From Thermodesulfobacteriota bacterium (lineage in GTDB: Bacteria > Desulfobacterota > Desulfarculia > JACQYL01), in NCBI GenBank assembly GCA_963675595.2, contig CAXXLZ010000003.1, positions 1 to 64,000 of the forward strand: 64,000 nt of DNA. The letters are read 5' to 3'. Under the pieces are notes generated by a model. That model had not been told where the DNA came from. It did not search any database and saw only the letters and a list, made by a program, of their open reading frames with translations. Of this stretch, positions 44,860 to 55,318 are shown one piece after another (positions within the stretch are counted from its first letter, which is position 1; each line of letters starts with the position of its first letter). Position numbers and translations under genes: made by a program.

Positions 44860-45725
44860 TCCTTTCCCTTCATCCCATCATTGAAGCCGACCGAAACGTG
44901 ATCATTGCGGGGCGGAACCCCAGAAGACAGGAAATCGGTTGGATGCGGAACGCGCGGGCGATTATCCTGCCTCAGGGAGTCACCGAAAAAGTCTATCGTA
45001 TCGCCGCGCAATCCTGCGCCCACGTGTTTCCCGATTACGAAGCCCGATTCCGATACCCCGGAAAAGTCGGTTTTGCTCGGCTCTGCGGGGAAAAAGGATT
45101 GCCGCATCCAAGAACACGGGTGTTTTCCAACGTCGACGAGGCAAGGAAGATCGACGCCCAGCGTAGGTTCCCCCTGGTCATGAAAAGTGATTCGGGCGGG
45201 GAAGGGCATGGGGTCTATCCGGTTCGGAACAGCGAAGAACTGAAACGGGCTCTCCGGGAACTGGAACTCATGGAGCGGGGAGGCTGGACCGGCCTGGTGG
45301 AACAGGAATTCATCGAGAGCGGCGGTCGCGACCTGCGGGTCGTAGTGATGGGAAACCAGACTTTCGCCTACTGGCGGAAAGCGGCCGACTCCGATGATTT
45401 CAAACATCATTTAGGGAGCGGCGGGATCCTCGATTTGGAGAGCGATCCGGAACTGAGGCGAAAAGGCATCGCACTCGTGGAACGCGCCTGTGCATTAACC
45501 GGAATCAACCTGGCGGGTTTCGATGTTCTTTTTCGGAACGGGAACGAAGAACCGCTGCTGCTCGAGGTCAATTACTTCTTCGGCAGGAGAGGACTCGGGG
45601 GCTCGGAATCTTTCTATAACCTTCTCAGGAAGGCGGTGGACCAATGGGTCGCCGGGCTCTTCAGGGCTTCCGCCGAAGGGACGCCGGAAGCGCGAGGAGG
45701 GATCGAGCAAGGAGAAAGCCGATGA
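44856..45725 (+). CDS. RimK-like ATP-grasp ligase
   Basis: FPLVMK...GGEGHGV, QEFI...RDLRVVV, GFDV, LLEVN. Confidence 0.8.
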   Translation: MILSLHPIIEADRNVIIAGRNPRRQEIGWMRNARAIILPQGVTEKVYRIAAQSCAHVFPDYEARFRYPGKVGFARLCGEKGLPHPRTRVFSNVDEARKIDAQRRFPLVMKSDSGGEGHGVYPVRNSEELKRALRELELMERGGWTGLVEQEFIESGGRDLRVVVMGNQTFAYWRKAADSDDFKHHLGSGGILDLESDPELRRKGIALVERACALTGINLAGFDVLFRNGNEEPLLLEVNYFFGRRGLGGSESFYNLLRKAVDQWVAGLFRASAEGTPEARGGIEQGESR

Positions 45726-46204
45726 AAATCGGAGTGATATCAGACACGCATCTCAGGAAGTCCGACGCCGGACTGAAGAAACTCATGGACACCCTGTTTT
45801 CGGACGCGGAGCTGATTCTTCATGCCGGAGACATCGTGGAACCGGAAGTGCTCGAAACTTTTTCGGGCAAGGAGTTGGTCGCGGTGCACGGCAACATGGA
45901 TATCGCGGAGATCAAGAAGGGCCTTCCGGACAAGCGACTGCTGACCGTGGGACGATTCAAGATCGGACTGACCCATGGATGGGGGGCTCCCATGGGCATC
46001 GAAAAGAAGGTCCGGAGCGTCTTCGACGACGTGGACGCCATTGTGTTCGGCCATACCCACAAACCCTGCAACCGGATCATCGACGGCGTGCTGTTCTTCA
46101 ATCCCGGCGCCTACAGCGGGGGCATGTTCAGGGGCGGCGCCGGCAGCGTGGGCGTGTTGACCGTGGAGGATTCCATCACGGGCGAGCATTTTCGCGTGAG
46201 TTGA
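45722..46204 (+). CDS. YfcE-family metallophosphoesterase
   Basis: SDTH, HAGD, GNMD, THG, FGHTH, FNPG. Confidence 0.9.
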   Translation: MKIGVISDTHLRKSDAGLKKLMDTLFSDAELILHAGDIVEPEVLETFSGKELVAVHGNMDIAEIKKGLPDKRLLTVGRFKIGLTHGWGAPMGIEKKVRSVFDDVDAIVFGHTHKPCNRIIDGVLFFNPGAYSGGMFRGGAGSVGVLTVEDSITGEHFRVS

Positions 46205-46244
46205 CCGCGACAAACGCGGTACGCGCTTTTCTTCCGGGGCTCCG

Positions 46245-46625
46245 TCAGGGCACACGAGCCGCCTGAAGCGCGTTTTCCACCGCCTGCATAATGGCTCGGG
46301 AGCTTCCCGTGGCCCCGCTCACCGCGTCCACTCGAGTGGATTGGGACGCCACGATCCGTTCGCGAATCGCGGGGTCCGCCGCGCCGCCCAGCATGTGCCT
46401 GTGGCGAAGCAGCTCGATGCGAGTGATCCTCCCTTCCTCCAGGACCACCTCCACCGCCGCGGACACGGGTCCCACCTGAGATTCTCCTTGATACACACCG
46501 TCCCTCAGATGTGCCGGGTTCAGAGGACCCAGGTTCGGCTCGGGCCGAGATGCGGCGCAACCCAGAACCCCGCAGAAGGCCACTAGAATCATCCACTGGT
46601 TCAGACGGTTCATTCGACGAATCAT
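46245..46625 (-). CDS. FMN-binding domain lipoprotein
   Basis: Lipobox LGC; DGVYQG; VDAVSGAT flavinylation motif. Confidence 0.85.
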   Translation of the reverse strand: MIRRMNRLNQWMILVAFCGVLGCAASRPEPNLGPLNPAHLRDGVYQGESQVGPVSAAVEVVLEEGRITRIELLRHRHMLGGAADPAIRERIVASQSTRVDAVSGATGSSRAIMQAVENALQAARVP

Positions 46626-46701
46626 GGTCGGGCACCTCTCATGTGATCGAGGATGCAAAACGGACGCGTTTCAAGATTCGAGAGCATCGGAAACCGATGG
46701 G

Positions 46702-46869
46702 TCATTTTCGTTTTCGGGTGTATTCCAGTCCGTAGGCCATGGCCAGGAGAAGACAGCCCAGCACGATCACCGGGGTCCAGGTCTGGGTTCCGAAAAAGAA
46801 CCTGAGCATCAGGTAGCTGAACAGGAAACTCAGTGCGGCTCGGAGGACCAGTTTGACGGGCGAATCCAT
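46702..46869 (-). CDS. Small two-TM membrane protein
   Basis: AAGGA SD, two hydrophobic segments, basic tail; follows ruvB. Confidence 0.55.
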   Translation of the reverse strand: MDSPVKLVLRAALSFLFSYLMLRFFFGTQTWTPVIVLGCLLLAMAYGLEYTRKRK

Positions 46870-47048
46870 GGAACGGTTTTCCTTTCGGTCTGTATGGGCG
46901 GCCGCGATGGGGCGGCGTGATTCACTGGAACAAAGTGGATGGACGGGACGTCCGGTTTGTTTGCTCCGCTTTGCAATGGACGGCGGGCGCCTTTTCACGC
47001 ACGCCGATTCCGGGGGCCGTGCGGGGCTTGACGGCCGATGCCTCGCGG

Positions 47049-48086
47049 CTACAACGGTTCTTTGCGGTTCGCTCGGTGCATCCGGAAGCCCAGATGCTCG
47101 AAGGCCCGGCGGGTAGCCACGCGTCCTCTGGGAGTGCGCTTCAGAAAGCCGATCTGAATCAGAAAAGGTTCGTACACGTCCTCGATGGTATCCTTTTCCT
47201 CCCCGATGGCCGCGGCCATGGTGTCGATTCCGAGAGGCCCCCCGTCGAATTTTTCGATGATGGTCAAAAGGACCCTACGGTCCATTTTGTCCAGGCCCAG
47301 GTGGTCCACTTCCAGCATTCGAAGGGCTTCATCCGCCACGGTGCGCGTGATGACGCCGTCGGCCCGGACCTGGGCGTAATCGCGAACTCTCCGGAGCAAG
47401 CGGTTGGCCACCCTCGGCGTGCCGCGACTGCGCATTGCGATTTCCCGCGCTCCGTCGGGTTCCACCGGCACTCCTAGAATCCGGGCCGCTCGTGTGACGA
47501 TTCGTTCCAGCTCTCCCGCGGCGTAGAACTCCAGGTGGAGAACCATGCCGAAACGATCGCGCAGCGGCGGAGTGAGCAGGCCGGCGCGGGTCGTGGCTCC
47601 CACCAGAGTGAAGGGCGGCAGGTCCAGCTTGATGGATCGGGCGCCGGGGCCTTGACCGATCATGATGTCGAGTTGGAAGTCCTCCATGGCCGGGTAGAGG
47701 ATTTCTTCGATCACTCGGGACAACCGGTGGATTTCATCGATGAAGAGAACGTCTCTGGGTTCGAGGTTGGTGAGGATGGCCGCGAGGTCGCCGGCGCGCT
47801 CCAGCACCGGTCCGCTGGTGGCCCGGATGTTGACGTTCAATTCCTTGGAGATCACTTGGGCCAGGGTGGTCTTCCCGAGTCCCGGGTGTCCGTGAAACAA
47901 GACGTGATCCAAAGCCTCGGCCCGTTGCAGGGCGGCTCGGATACAGATGCCGAGATTCTCCTTGAGGTCTTCCTGGCCCACGTATTCGGCGAGGGAAGTC
48001 GGCCGCAGTCCCGCTTCAACCCGCTCTTCTTCCGGTTCGGGCAATGGGTCGAGAATCCCTCGTTCGGGCATGGATGAATCCCTCAT
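47049..48086 (-). CDS. ruvB: Holliday junction branch migration helicase RuvB
   Basis: [38 protein letters not shown]. Confidence 0.97.
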   Translation of the reverse strand: MRDSSMPERGILDPLPEPEEERVEAGLRPTSLAEYVGQEDLKENLGICIRAALQRAEALDHVLFHGHPGLGKTTLAQVISKELNVNIRATSGPVLERAGDLAAILTNLEPRDVLFIDEIHRLSRVIEEILYPAMEDFQLDIMIGQGPGARSIKLDLPPFTLVGATTRAGLLTPPLRDRFGMVLHLEFYAAGELERIVTRAARILGVPVEPDGAREIAMRSRGTPRVANRLLRRVRDYAQVRADGVITRTVADEALRMLEVDHLGLDKMDRRVLLTIIEKFDGGPLGIDTMAAAIGEEKDTIEDVYEPFLIQIGFLKRTPRGRVATRRAFEHLGFRMHRANRKEPL

Positions 48087-48682
48087 CGGTCAAGGAAACG
48101 CAGAGTCCGGCGCAGGAGTTCTTCCACCTTCGCGCCGTCTCCCAGTTCATCGGCCGTTCGTCGGACTTCGGCTTCCACCAGGTTCCGTTTGTATCCCAGG
48201 TTCTCCAACGCCTGCAGGGCGTCTTCCACCAGACCGGAAGAAGCGGGCGCCGCAGGTCCGGCCGAAGCGCGCGCCGGGGTCTTGCGCATGCGTTCGGAAA
48301 GCTCCACCACGATTCGCTCGGCCGTTTTCTTTCCCACGCCGGGAATGGCCTTCAGGCGCGAGACATTGGCGTCACGGATCGCCGCGTGCAATTCTTCTTC
48401 CGGAATCCTCGACAGCACGTTCATGGCCAGTTTACAGCCGATGCCGCTTACCCCGATCAGGTGCAGAAAGAGTTCCTTTTCGAGCGGGGACGAGAACCCG
48501 TACAGGTGGATGGCGTCGTCGCGCAAGTGCGTATAGGTATTCAGAAACACTTCGACATTGACGTCGGGCAATCCGGCCAAAGTCTGTAGGGACACCCACA
48601 CCCGGTACCCCACCCCTTGGACGTTGATAATGACGTGATCCGGAGCTTTGAGGGCGAGAATTCCCTGGAGGGAGGCGATCAT
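48083..48682 (-). CDS. ruvA: Holliday junction branch migration protein RuvA
   Basis: [32 protein letters not shown]. Confidence 0.96.
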   Translation of the reverse strand: MIASLQGILALKAPDHVIINVQGVGYRVWVSLQTLAGLPDVNVEVFLNTYTHLRDDAIHLYGFSSPLEKELFLHLIGVSGIGCKLAMNVLSRIPEEELHAAIRDANVSRLKAIPGVGKKTAERIVVELSERMRKTPARASAGPAAPASSGLVEDALQALENLGYKRNLVEAEVRRTADELGDGAKVEELLRRTLRFLDR

Positions 48683-49182
48683 GGTCTCCAACCCACGAGA
48701 CGTCCCCCCGACGGAGGAGCCGCATTCAGCAAGTGGCAGATCCCCACGGCGATGGCGTCCGCCGCGTCCTTGGATCGGCGGGCATGATTTCCCAACAAGG
48801 TGGCCACCATGAGTTGCACCTGTTCTTTGGTAGCCTGACCATAACCAACGACGGATTTTTTGATTTCCAGGGGGCTGTATTCAAAAACGGGCAAATCCGC
48901 GACCGCAGCCGAAAGAAGGACCACCCCGCGTGTTTGCCCAAGTTTCAAAGCGCTCTGAGGGTTTCGAGCGAAAAACACGGTTTCCACCGCGACCTGATCC
49001 GGCTGAGTCTCTTGAATGGTTTGGTTCAAGCGGTTGAAGATTTCCTTGAGCCTCAGACTCATACTCAGGCCGGCCCGCTGTCGGATGGTGCCGTCGGCCA
49101 CCAGGCGCAGGCGTTGGCCCACCTGGTCCACCACTCCGAAGCCGGTGGCCTGAGAACCGGGGTCTACGCCCAAAACCCTCAT
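48679..49182 (-). CDS. ruvC: Crossover junction endodeoxyribonuclease RuvC
   Basis: LGVDPG, KLGQTRG, GYGQATKEQV, DAADAIA. Confidence 0.96.
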   Translation of the reverse strand: MRVLGVDPGSQATGFGVVDQVGQRLRLVADGTIRQRAGLSMSLRLKEIFNRLNQTIQETQPDQVAVETVFFARNPQSALKLGQTRGVVLLSAAVADLPVFEYSPLEIKKSVVGYGQATKEQVQLMVATLLGNHARRSKDAADAIAVGICHLLNAAPPSGGRLVGWRP

Positions 49183-49929
49183 TCAGTCCATTGACTCCAT
49201 AATTTCGTCCGAAATGTCGAAGTTGGCATATACGTTCTGAACGTCGTCGCAGTCTTCCAGCACGTCCATGAGTTTCAGCATCTTCACCGCGTCGTCCCGG
49301 TCCAACGAGATCGTGTTCTGGGGAATCATGGAGATTTCCGCCGCGTCGACTTCCACGTCGGCTTCTTCCAACGCTTGCTTGACGGATTCCATATCCTCCA
49401 TGGCGGTGATCACTTCGAATTCCGTCCCGTCTTCTCTAACGTCCTCCGCACCGGCCTCAAGGGCGATTTCCATCAGCGCGTCCTCGGAAATCTTGTCTCC
49501 GGCCACGGAGATGAGCCCTTTCCGGTCGAACATCCAGGCCACGGACCCGGCTTCACCCAGGCTGCGGCCGTATTTGCTGAACAGGTGCCTGACTTCGGCC
49601 ACCGTGCGATTGCGGTTGTCGGTAAGGCTTTCCACCAGGATGGCGACCCCGGCCGGGCCGTAGCCTTCCAGGATGACGTCCTCGTAGGTCGTTCCTTCGA
49701 GTTCCCCGGTACCCTTCTTGATGCCCCGATCGATGTTGTCTTTGGGCATGTTCGCGGCCTTGGCCGCGGCCACGGCCTGTCGAAGACGGGGATTGGCTTC
49801 GATGTCGCCGCCGCCCAGCCTCGCGGCAACGGTGATTTCCTTGATCAATTTGGTGAAAATCTTACCGCGTTTGGCGTCCGCCGCACCCTTTTTGTGCTTG
49901 ATCGTGCTCCACTTTGAATGACCCGACAT
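49183..49929 (-). CDS. yebC: YebC/PmpR family protein
   Basis: [37 protein letters not shown]. Confidence 0.96.
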   Translation of the reverse strand: MSGHSKWSTIKHKKGAADAKRGKIFTKLIKEITVAARLGGGDIEANPRLRQAVAAAKAANMPKDNIDRGIKKGTGELEGTTYEDVILEGYGPAGVAILVESLTDNRNRTVAEVRHLFSKYGRSLGEAGSVAWMFDRKGLISVAGDKISEDALMEIALEAGAEDVREDGTEFEVITAMEDMESVKQALEEADVEVDAAEISMIPQNTISLDRDDAVKMLKLMDVLEDCDDVQNVYANFDISDEIMESMD

Positions 49930-49941
49930 TTCGATCTCTCC

Positions 49942-50532
49942 TCATCCGGATAGTCTATCGATTCCAACCACAAACGTTTCCCTGCTCTGCTTTCTGGAGG
50001 AGGGAGGTTTATAGACTCGGGTCAGGCCGAAAGCGGTTCTTACTTCTTTCAAAAACAATTCGAATTCTCCGCTCTGGAATATCTTGCAGAAAAACTTGCC
50101 CCCGGGTTTGAGCAACTCCATGGCCGTGTCCAGCGCGCACTTGGCCAGATTGTACGAACGCACCCCGTCCACGAACCGATCGCCCATGGTATCGGGAGCC
50201 ATGTCGCTCATGACGACGTCGAAACCGGGACATGCGGAACGGATCGTGTCCAGGCTCAAGGAGAACACATCGCCCTCGATGAAGAAAAGACCGCTCGGGA
50301 TGCGTTCGGGCCGGTTCCTGTCCACTCCGACGAGTCGTCCCTTCCGGCCGATGCGTTGCGAGGCATACTGCGACCAGGATCCGGGATTACATCCCAAGTC
50401 CAGCACCGCATCACCTGATCGGAACAGTCCGTACTTCTCGTCGGCGCTTTGCAGTTTGAATACCGAACGCGCCGCATATCCGGCTTTTCCGGCTTGCCTG
50501 GAGTAATATTCTTTGGGGCCTCTTTCCACCAT
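49942..50532 (-). CDS. rlmE: 23S rRNA Um2552 methyltransferase
   Basis: YAARSVFKL, LDLGCNPGSW, SDMAP, KPPSSRKQSRE. Confidence 0.92.
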   Translation of the reverse strand: MVERGPKEYYSRQAGKAGYAARSVFKLQSADEKYGLFRSGDAVLDLGCNPGSWSQYASQRIGRKGRLVGVDRNRPERIPSGLFFIEGDVFSLSLDTIRSACPGFDVVMSDMAPDTMGDRFVDGVRSYNLAKCALDTAMELLKPGGKFFCKIFQSGEFELFLKEVRTAFGLTRVYKPPSSRKQSRETFVVGIDRLSG

Positions 50533-50674
50533 AATATACGACTTTTCCATTATAACGGCGGTAAGGAAAAGTCAATTCAAAGGGGGCAGGGTTCCCGCGC
50601 GGGGACCTCCCATGTTCCAAGGTGCGCCCGCTCGTACACCCACCGTACGCATTCACGGGGGAAACTCGTCTATT

Positions 50675-50700
50675 GTAGGGGCAGGCCACAGTGCCTGCCC
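50675..50700 (+). repeat. Single GTAG-type REP-like palindrome
   Basis: GTAG followed by GGGCAGGC-cacagt-GCCTGCCC. Confidence 0.5.
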
Positions 50701-50864
50701 AAAAGACGGCCGAAGGCCCACCTTTTCCCCTGTATCCTCCCGTGCCGACGGTCCCCCGTTGACACCGTGAACGCGCACCATCCTCCTGCTCGTACACTCT
50801 CCTTGACAAACGGCCGGCCTACTCGGAAGATAAGCAAAACACCTCTGCAACGCGAGCAACGACT

Positions 50865-52025
50865 TTGTATCGAACCGCTCTGCCTTTTACCGACAGGTAC
50901 CTCCGGTTTGACTACGGTCCCTCCCATCCCTTCAAAGTGTCCCGGCTCACCCCGGTGCACCGCTTGATGGAGGCCTACGGGCTGCTGTCGCTCGAGGGAT
51001 GCCTGTACCCCGAAGTTCACCAAGCGACGCCGGAAGAGCTGATGCTCTTTCACGACGCCGATTACGTGCGACTGATCGAAGCGGCCGGACGGGGCGAGAA
51101 AATGCCGGAACTGCGCGCCCATGGGATCGGGGCGGGGGACAATCCCGTCTTTCCGGGACTGTACGAGTGGGTGAGACTCACTACGGGCGCCACGATTCTC
51201 TGCGCGAACCTGCTTCTCGAAGAACGTTGCCGCATCGCGTTCAATGTGGCCGGCGGATTCCATCACGCGTTTCGAAGCGAAGCGTCGGGATTCTGCTACG
51301 TGAACGACGTGGCGGTGGGCATTCTGCTGCTTCGGCAACGCGGGCTTCGGGTGATGTACGTGGACGTGGACGCGCATCACGCCGACGGGGTTCAGTCGGC
51401 TTTTTACCGTGATCCGGAAGTGCTCACGGTGTGCGTTCATCAGGACGGCGCGACCCTGTTCCCGGGGACGGGGGCGTTGTCGGAAATGGGCGAGGGCGAT
51501 GGGTACGGTTTTTCGGTCAACGTGCCTTTGATGCCCCACACGGACGATGCCGCGTATACGGGGGCGTTCCGGAACCTGGTGCCTCCGCTGGCCGACCTGT
51601 ACCGTCCCGACGTGCTGGTGAGCCAGCTCGGGGTGGATACGTTTCGTACGGACGACCTGGCGGCCCTGGACCTGACCACCAACGGGTTCTGCGAGGTGAT
51701 CGCCGTGCTCAAGTCTTTGGACAAACCCTGGCTCGCCCTGGGAGGCGGAGGCTACCGCACTTCCAACGTGGCCCGGGCGTGGACCCTGGCTTGGGCCATG
51801 ATGAACGACGTGGAATTGCCCGACGAGATTCCCGAGGCGGTGCTTCCGCTCCTGGAATCCGACGGGGAGTTCCCGCGCCTGCTGAGAGACGCGCCCTTCA
51901 AAGGAGAGAGCCGGGCGCACGAAGAAGCGCGCGCCCACGCGGAGGAGACCGTGGAAACCATTCGGCGGGTGCTGTTTCCGGTCATTGCCGCCAAGCCTCG
52001 CCCGCGAACTTCCCAAACCGGGTGA
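50865..52025 (+). CDS. acuC: AcuC/histone deacetylase family protein
   Basis: HPF, GDNPVF, GGFHHA...ASGFCYVND, DVDAHHADGVQ, GGGGY. Confidence 0.88.
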   Translation: MYRTALPFTDRYLRFDYGPSHPFKVSRLTPVHRLMEAYGLLSLEGCLYPEVHQATPEELMLFHDADYVRLIEAAGRGEKMPELRAHGIGAGDNPVFPGLYEWVRLTTGATILCANLLLEERCRIAFNVAGGFHHAFRSEASGFCYVNDVAVGILLLRQRGLRVMYVDVDAHHADGVQSAFYRDPEVLTVCVHQDGATLFPGTGALSEMGEGDGYGFSVNVPLMPHTDDAAYTGAFRNLVPPLADLYRPDVLVSQLGVDTFRTDDLAALDLTTNGFCEVIAVLKSLDKPWLALGGGGYRTSNVARAWTLAWAMMNDVELPDEIPEAVLPLLESDGEFPRLLRDAPFKGESRAHEEARAHAEETVETIRRVLFPVIAAKPRPRTSQTG

Positions 52026-52077
52026 GTCGCCCGGATTTCCCTGAACCCCCCTATTTGATTGCATATTGGAAAGGCAC

Positions 52078-52833
52078 ATGGAACCCTACAAAGAACGATT
52101 CGCCCAAATCCTGGCCGAAAGCGGCGCTCTGTTTTTCGACCAGGGGCTGGTGCTCAAAGACGGACGCCCGTCGCCCTATTTCGTGAACATGGGGCGGTTC
52201 CGCACGGGACGCCTGGCCTCGGAACTGGGGACCTTTTTCGCCGCCAGACTCCTGGACACCGACGTGGCGGACCGGATGGACGTGATTCTTGGCCCCTCCT
52301 ACAAGGGCAGCGCCATCGCCGTGGCCATGGCCTCGGCCCTGTGGACCCGACACGGGCGGGACGTGCTGTACGAATACGACCGGAAGGAGGCCAAGACCCA
52401 CGGAGAGGCCTCGACCTCCAAAAGCGTGTTCGTCAACGGATGCCTGACGGAAGACCGGAACATCGTGATTGTGGACGACGTGGCCACGTCCATGGCCACC
52501 AAGGTGGACCTGGTCCAAAAGGTGAAGGAAGAAGGGGATCGCAACGGCGTCACCCTGAATCTCCTGGCGGTGCTCATCGGCGTGAACCGGGAACAGACCA
52601 CGGCCGTGCGGGATGCCGACGGCAACCTGATCTTGGGCGCCAAAGGCGTGGACGCCATTGCGGACTTCATGGCCAAAACGGGCATTCCGGTGCACAGCGT
52701 GTGCGGCATCCGGGAAGTGGTGGACCATCTTTTTACCGAAGGGATTCCCGTACTGGTCGGGGGGACACGACGGCCCTTGGAACCGAAGGAAAAAGACGAA
52801 TTCGACGAATATATCTGTGTTTACGGCTCATAA
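52078..52833 (+). CDS. pyrE: Orotate phosphoribosyltransferase-like protein
   Basis: LKDGRPSPYFVN.G, GPSYKG, DRKEAKTHGE, IVDDV. Confidence 0.8.
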   Translation: MEPYKERFAQILAESGALFFDQGLVLKDGRPSPYFVNMGRFRTGRLASELGTFFAARLLDTDVADRMDVILGPSYKGSAIAVAMASALWTRHGRDVLYEYDRKEAKTHGEASTSKSVFVNGCLTEDRNIVIVDDVATSMATKVDLVQKVKEEGDRNGVTLNLLAVLIGVNREQTTAVRDADGNLILGAKGVDAIADFMAKTGIPVHSVCGIREVVDHLFTEGIPVLVGGTRRPLEPKEKDEFDEYICVYGS

Positions 52834-52850
52834 TCCTTCGTCACGGATTA

Positions 52851-53037
52851 TCAGGGCAAACCTTTTGAAAAAGGTTTTCCCTGACCCTTTCCAAAACTTC
52901 TCAAGTGGGTTGCTCGCTTGCGCTTCGCAACCGGGGTGGGTATGACTCACCCAGCCTCTCCGCCGAAGGCGGTGAGGCCCGCTTAAGAGGTTTTGAGGGG
53001 GGCTACGGGGGGAACTTTTTCAAAAGTTCCCCCCGTA
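52851..53037 (+). repeat. Modular hairpin repeat / MITE-like element, copy C
   Basis: AAACCTTTT/AAAAGGTTT hairpin; core AGCCTCTCCGCCGAAGGCGGTGAGGC; GGGGGGAACTTTT/AAAAGTTCCCCCC hairpin. Confidence 0.75.
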
Positions 53038-53100
53038 AGGACCCAAAATTACTCCTATGAAGTTTTTTCATTCATTTTGTTCTTAAATCGTGAGATCGAC

Positions 53101-53721
53101 ATGGCTTTGCTTTCAGGAACGTTTTCTTTTTCCTCCTACCTGGTAAAAGGGGAGGAACCCGCGTCCTTTCGGGACTTCATCGACGAGCGGATGCGTCGCT
53201 TCGCCTTCCAGGAAATTTCCCTCGACACCGAGGAAAAGGCCGTGGGATGGGTTTCTCTGGACAATCTGTTGGATACGGAATTTGCCAACGCCAACTACTC
53301 CTTCGGCGATTACCTGGCCTTTTCCATGCGCATGGACCGCAAGTCCGTTCCCGCGGCTCTGTTGAAACGGCACGTGCTCGAGGCCGAAGCCGACGCACGC
53401 AATCGATCCGGGCGCAAGTTCCTGAGCAAACAGGAGCGCACGGAGATCAAGGATCGAACGAAAATCTCGCTCCTGTCCCGAGCGTTGCCCGTGCCCACGC
53501 TGTTCGACGTGGCCTGGTGCGTGTCCGAGGCGTGGGTCCTCTTCGGTTCCCTGTCGCCCAAGCCCAGGGAGGAGTTCGAAAAGCTGTTCAAAAGGTCCTT
53601 TGATTTCGACCTGGTGCCGTTGCTGCCCTGGGCGCCCAAACAGGTGCCGGACGAACTGCGCAACGCATTCATCGCCGCGTTTCCGGAAGTGTTGGCCGGC
53701 GCCGGGTCGGCGGAAAGCTGA
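53101..53721 (+). CDS. RdgC-like protein (N-terminal half type)
   Basis: F.EI......AVGWVS...AFSMRMDRKSVPAALLK...I.DR....LL.RALP. Confidence 0.7.
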   Translation: MALLSGTFSFSSYLVKGEEPASFRDFIDERMRRFAFQEISLDTEEKAVGWVSLDNLLDTEFANANYSFGDYLAFSMRMDRKSVPAALLKRHVLEAEADARNRSGRKFLSKQERTEIKDRTKISLLSRALPVPTLFDVAWCVSEAWVLFGSLSPKPREEFEKLFKRSFDFDLVPLLPWAPKQVPDELRNAFIAAFPEVLAGAGSAES

Positions 53722-53780
53722 GGGATATGATTGGAGGATCGCCGGGGGGGAACTTTTGAAAAAGTTCCCCCCCGTGCCCC

Positions 53781-55165
53781 CATAAGCGCTAACTTAAGCA
53801 TTGTTTGCTATGCTTCTTTCCGTCTGAGGAATCAGCCGCTGAAGTGCTCGTTTCCTTGGCGGTTCTCGCAAATAAAAAGATATGTTATCCCAGCCGGCAA
53901 TGCATTCGGCCAAGCCGAGTTTAGGGTTCACGGCTTGTTTCAGCAGGTGTAACATAAACATGGTCTCTCTCCAGAAGCATCGATTTCTACGGTGGTTCTT
54001 TTTGGAGTGGGTATCCCCAGGGAAAAAAAGATTCGCCTGCGGCGATCATGGCCTCCACTAAGAAAGCCACCAGTAGTTTCCCATGGATCCAGGCCTTGGC
54101 TCCTTCGATGTCGGTCTTTCTAAGATGGCCTAAACCGAGAATGGACTTTAGACGCTTGAAAGCGAGTTCAATTTGCCATCGACCTCGGTACATCTCGAGG
54201 ACCTGAGAGGGCGAGATTTCACGGCCCAATGTTGTGAAAACAAATATGTAGGCCGCCGCTTCGAGGGTGTCCGGAGTAACTTGGCGACCTTTTTTCCTCG
54301 CCTCTTTTTCTATCGCTTTACGAGCTTTTTCAGTGGCGTCTTTGCTCTTCTTGATGGCACAGATTCTACCTGCAACCAAGCGTTGTTCAAATGGAACGAA
54401 TGCATCCCAGTCGCCAAGCTTATTTACACGTAACGTCCTTAGATGAGGGAGTAATTGGAATCGTTCCCCTTGCTTGTCCACCATGGCGACACGGTGTTTC
54501 ATTCGAACCAGGACGTCGCCGCCGTTGTCTATGACATGGTGAATTCCTCTTGGTGTGCAATAGGCTCTATCCGCTACAAGAAGTTCACCGCCATGGACTT
54601 TGAAATTGGTGAAGGATTCTCCGATCTTGGGGTCTGTTACATAGACTTCGTCGCAGCGCAGCGAAGGCAATTGTATGGAATAATGGACCCTCCAAGTCGT
54701 TCCGGTACTTCCAGGTTCTTGAATGGTGGAGGCATCGATCAACCTGATGCGTGAATTCTCTCCAAAAACAACGGCGGGCAGCTTTCGAAACCATTTCTCC
54801 ATGACCCCTAAGGCCATCCACCGAAACCACTCTCCGCATTTATTCAGTCGTTTTAGGAGAGCTACGTCGGAAATCGACGTAATGTTGCCGAACCTGGCTT
54901 TGGCCGCCGTCAGCCGAAGTGAGCAACCTTCCGCCAGATGGATCAGAAGCGTTCGCAACAGACCTTCGGCGTCCACGAACTTACGGTATCTGACAACGGC
55001 ACCAAGTTCCCTTGCTTTGGATTGCCAGCCATCGGGAAGAAAACCCTGGAGAACTTCCCAGTCTTCCATTTCCTCGGAAAAAACGAGACGCTCCATTGCC
55101 ACCTCCTTTGGCGGCAACGGTACCATAAACCTCACCAAAACAAAAGGCTTAAGTTAGCGCTTATG
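53781..55165 (-). mobile_element. IS4-family element, 1385 bp
   Basis: Perfect 19-bp IR CATAAGCGCTAACTTAAGC; 11-bp duplication CCCCGTGCCCC (53770-53780 and 55166-55176). Confidence 0.93.
53987..55096 (-). CDS. IS4 transposase
   Basis: SDVALLKRL, IDAS, ADRAY, YRGRWQIELAFKRLKS. Confidence 0.92.
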   Translation of the reverse strand: MERLVFSEEMEDWEVLQGFLPDGWQSKARELGAVVRYRKFVDAEGLLRTLLIHLAEGCSLRLTAAKARFGNITSISDVALLKRLNKCGEWFRWMALGVMEKWFRKLPAVVFGENSRIRLIDASTIQEPGSTGTTWRVHYSIQLPSLRCDEVYVTDPKIGESFTNFKVHGGELLVADRAYCTPRGIHHVIDNGGDVLVRMKHRVAMVDKQGERFQLLPHLRTLRVNKLGDWDAFVPFEQRLVAGRICAIKKSKDATEKARKAIEKEARKKGRQVTPDTLEAAAYIFVFTTLGREISPSQVLEMYRGRWQIELAFKRLKSILGLGHLRKTDIEGAKAWIHGKLLVAFLVEAMIAAGESFFPWGYPLQKEPP

Positions 55166-55318
55166 CCCCGTGCCCCCCCTCAAAACGCTTTAGGCAGGCC
55201 TCACCGCCTCCGGCGGAGAGGCTTCGTTCAAAAAGTTTTAGAAGGGTTTCGGGGAAACCTTTTTCAAAAGGTTTCCCCGCCTTTCCCTTCAATCTCGATG
55301 TAGCCGAAGAGGAAGACC

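Larger units (their letters stand above)
53743..55279 (-). repeat. Modular hairpin repeat copy D (inverse orientation), split by IS4
   Basis: 53743-53780 joined to 55177-55279 gives a reverse-oriented homolog of copy C. Confidence 0.75.
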
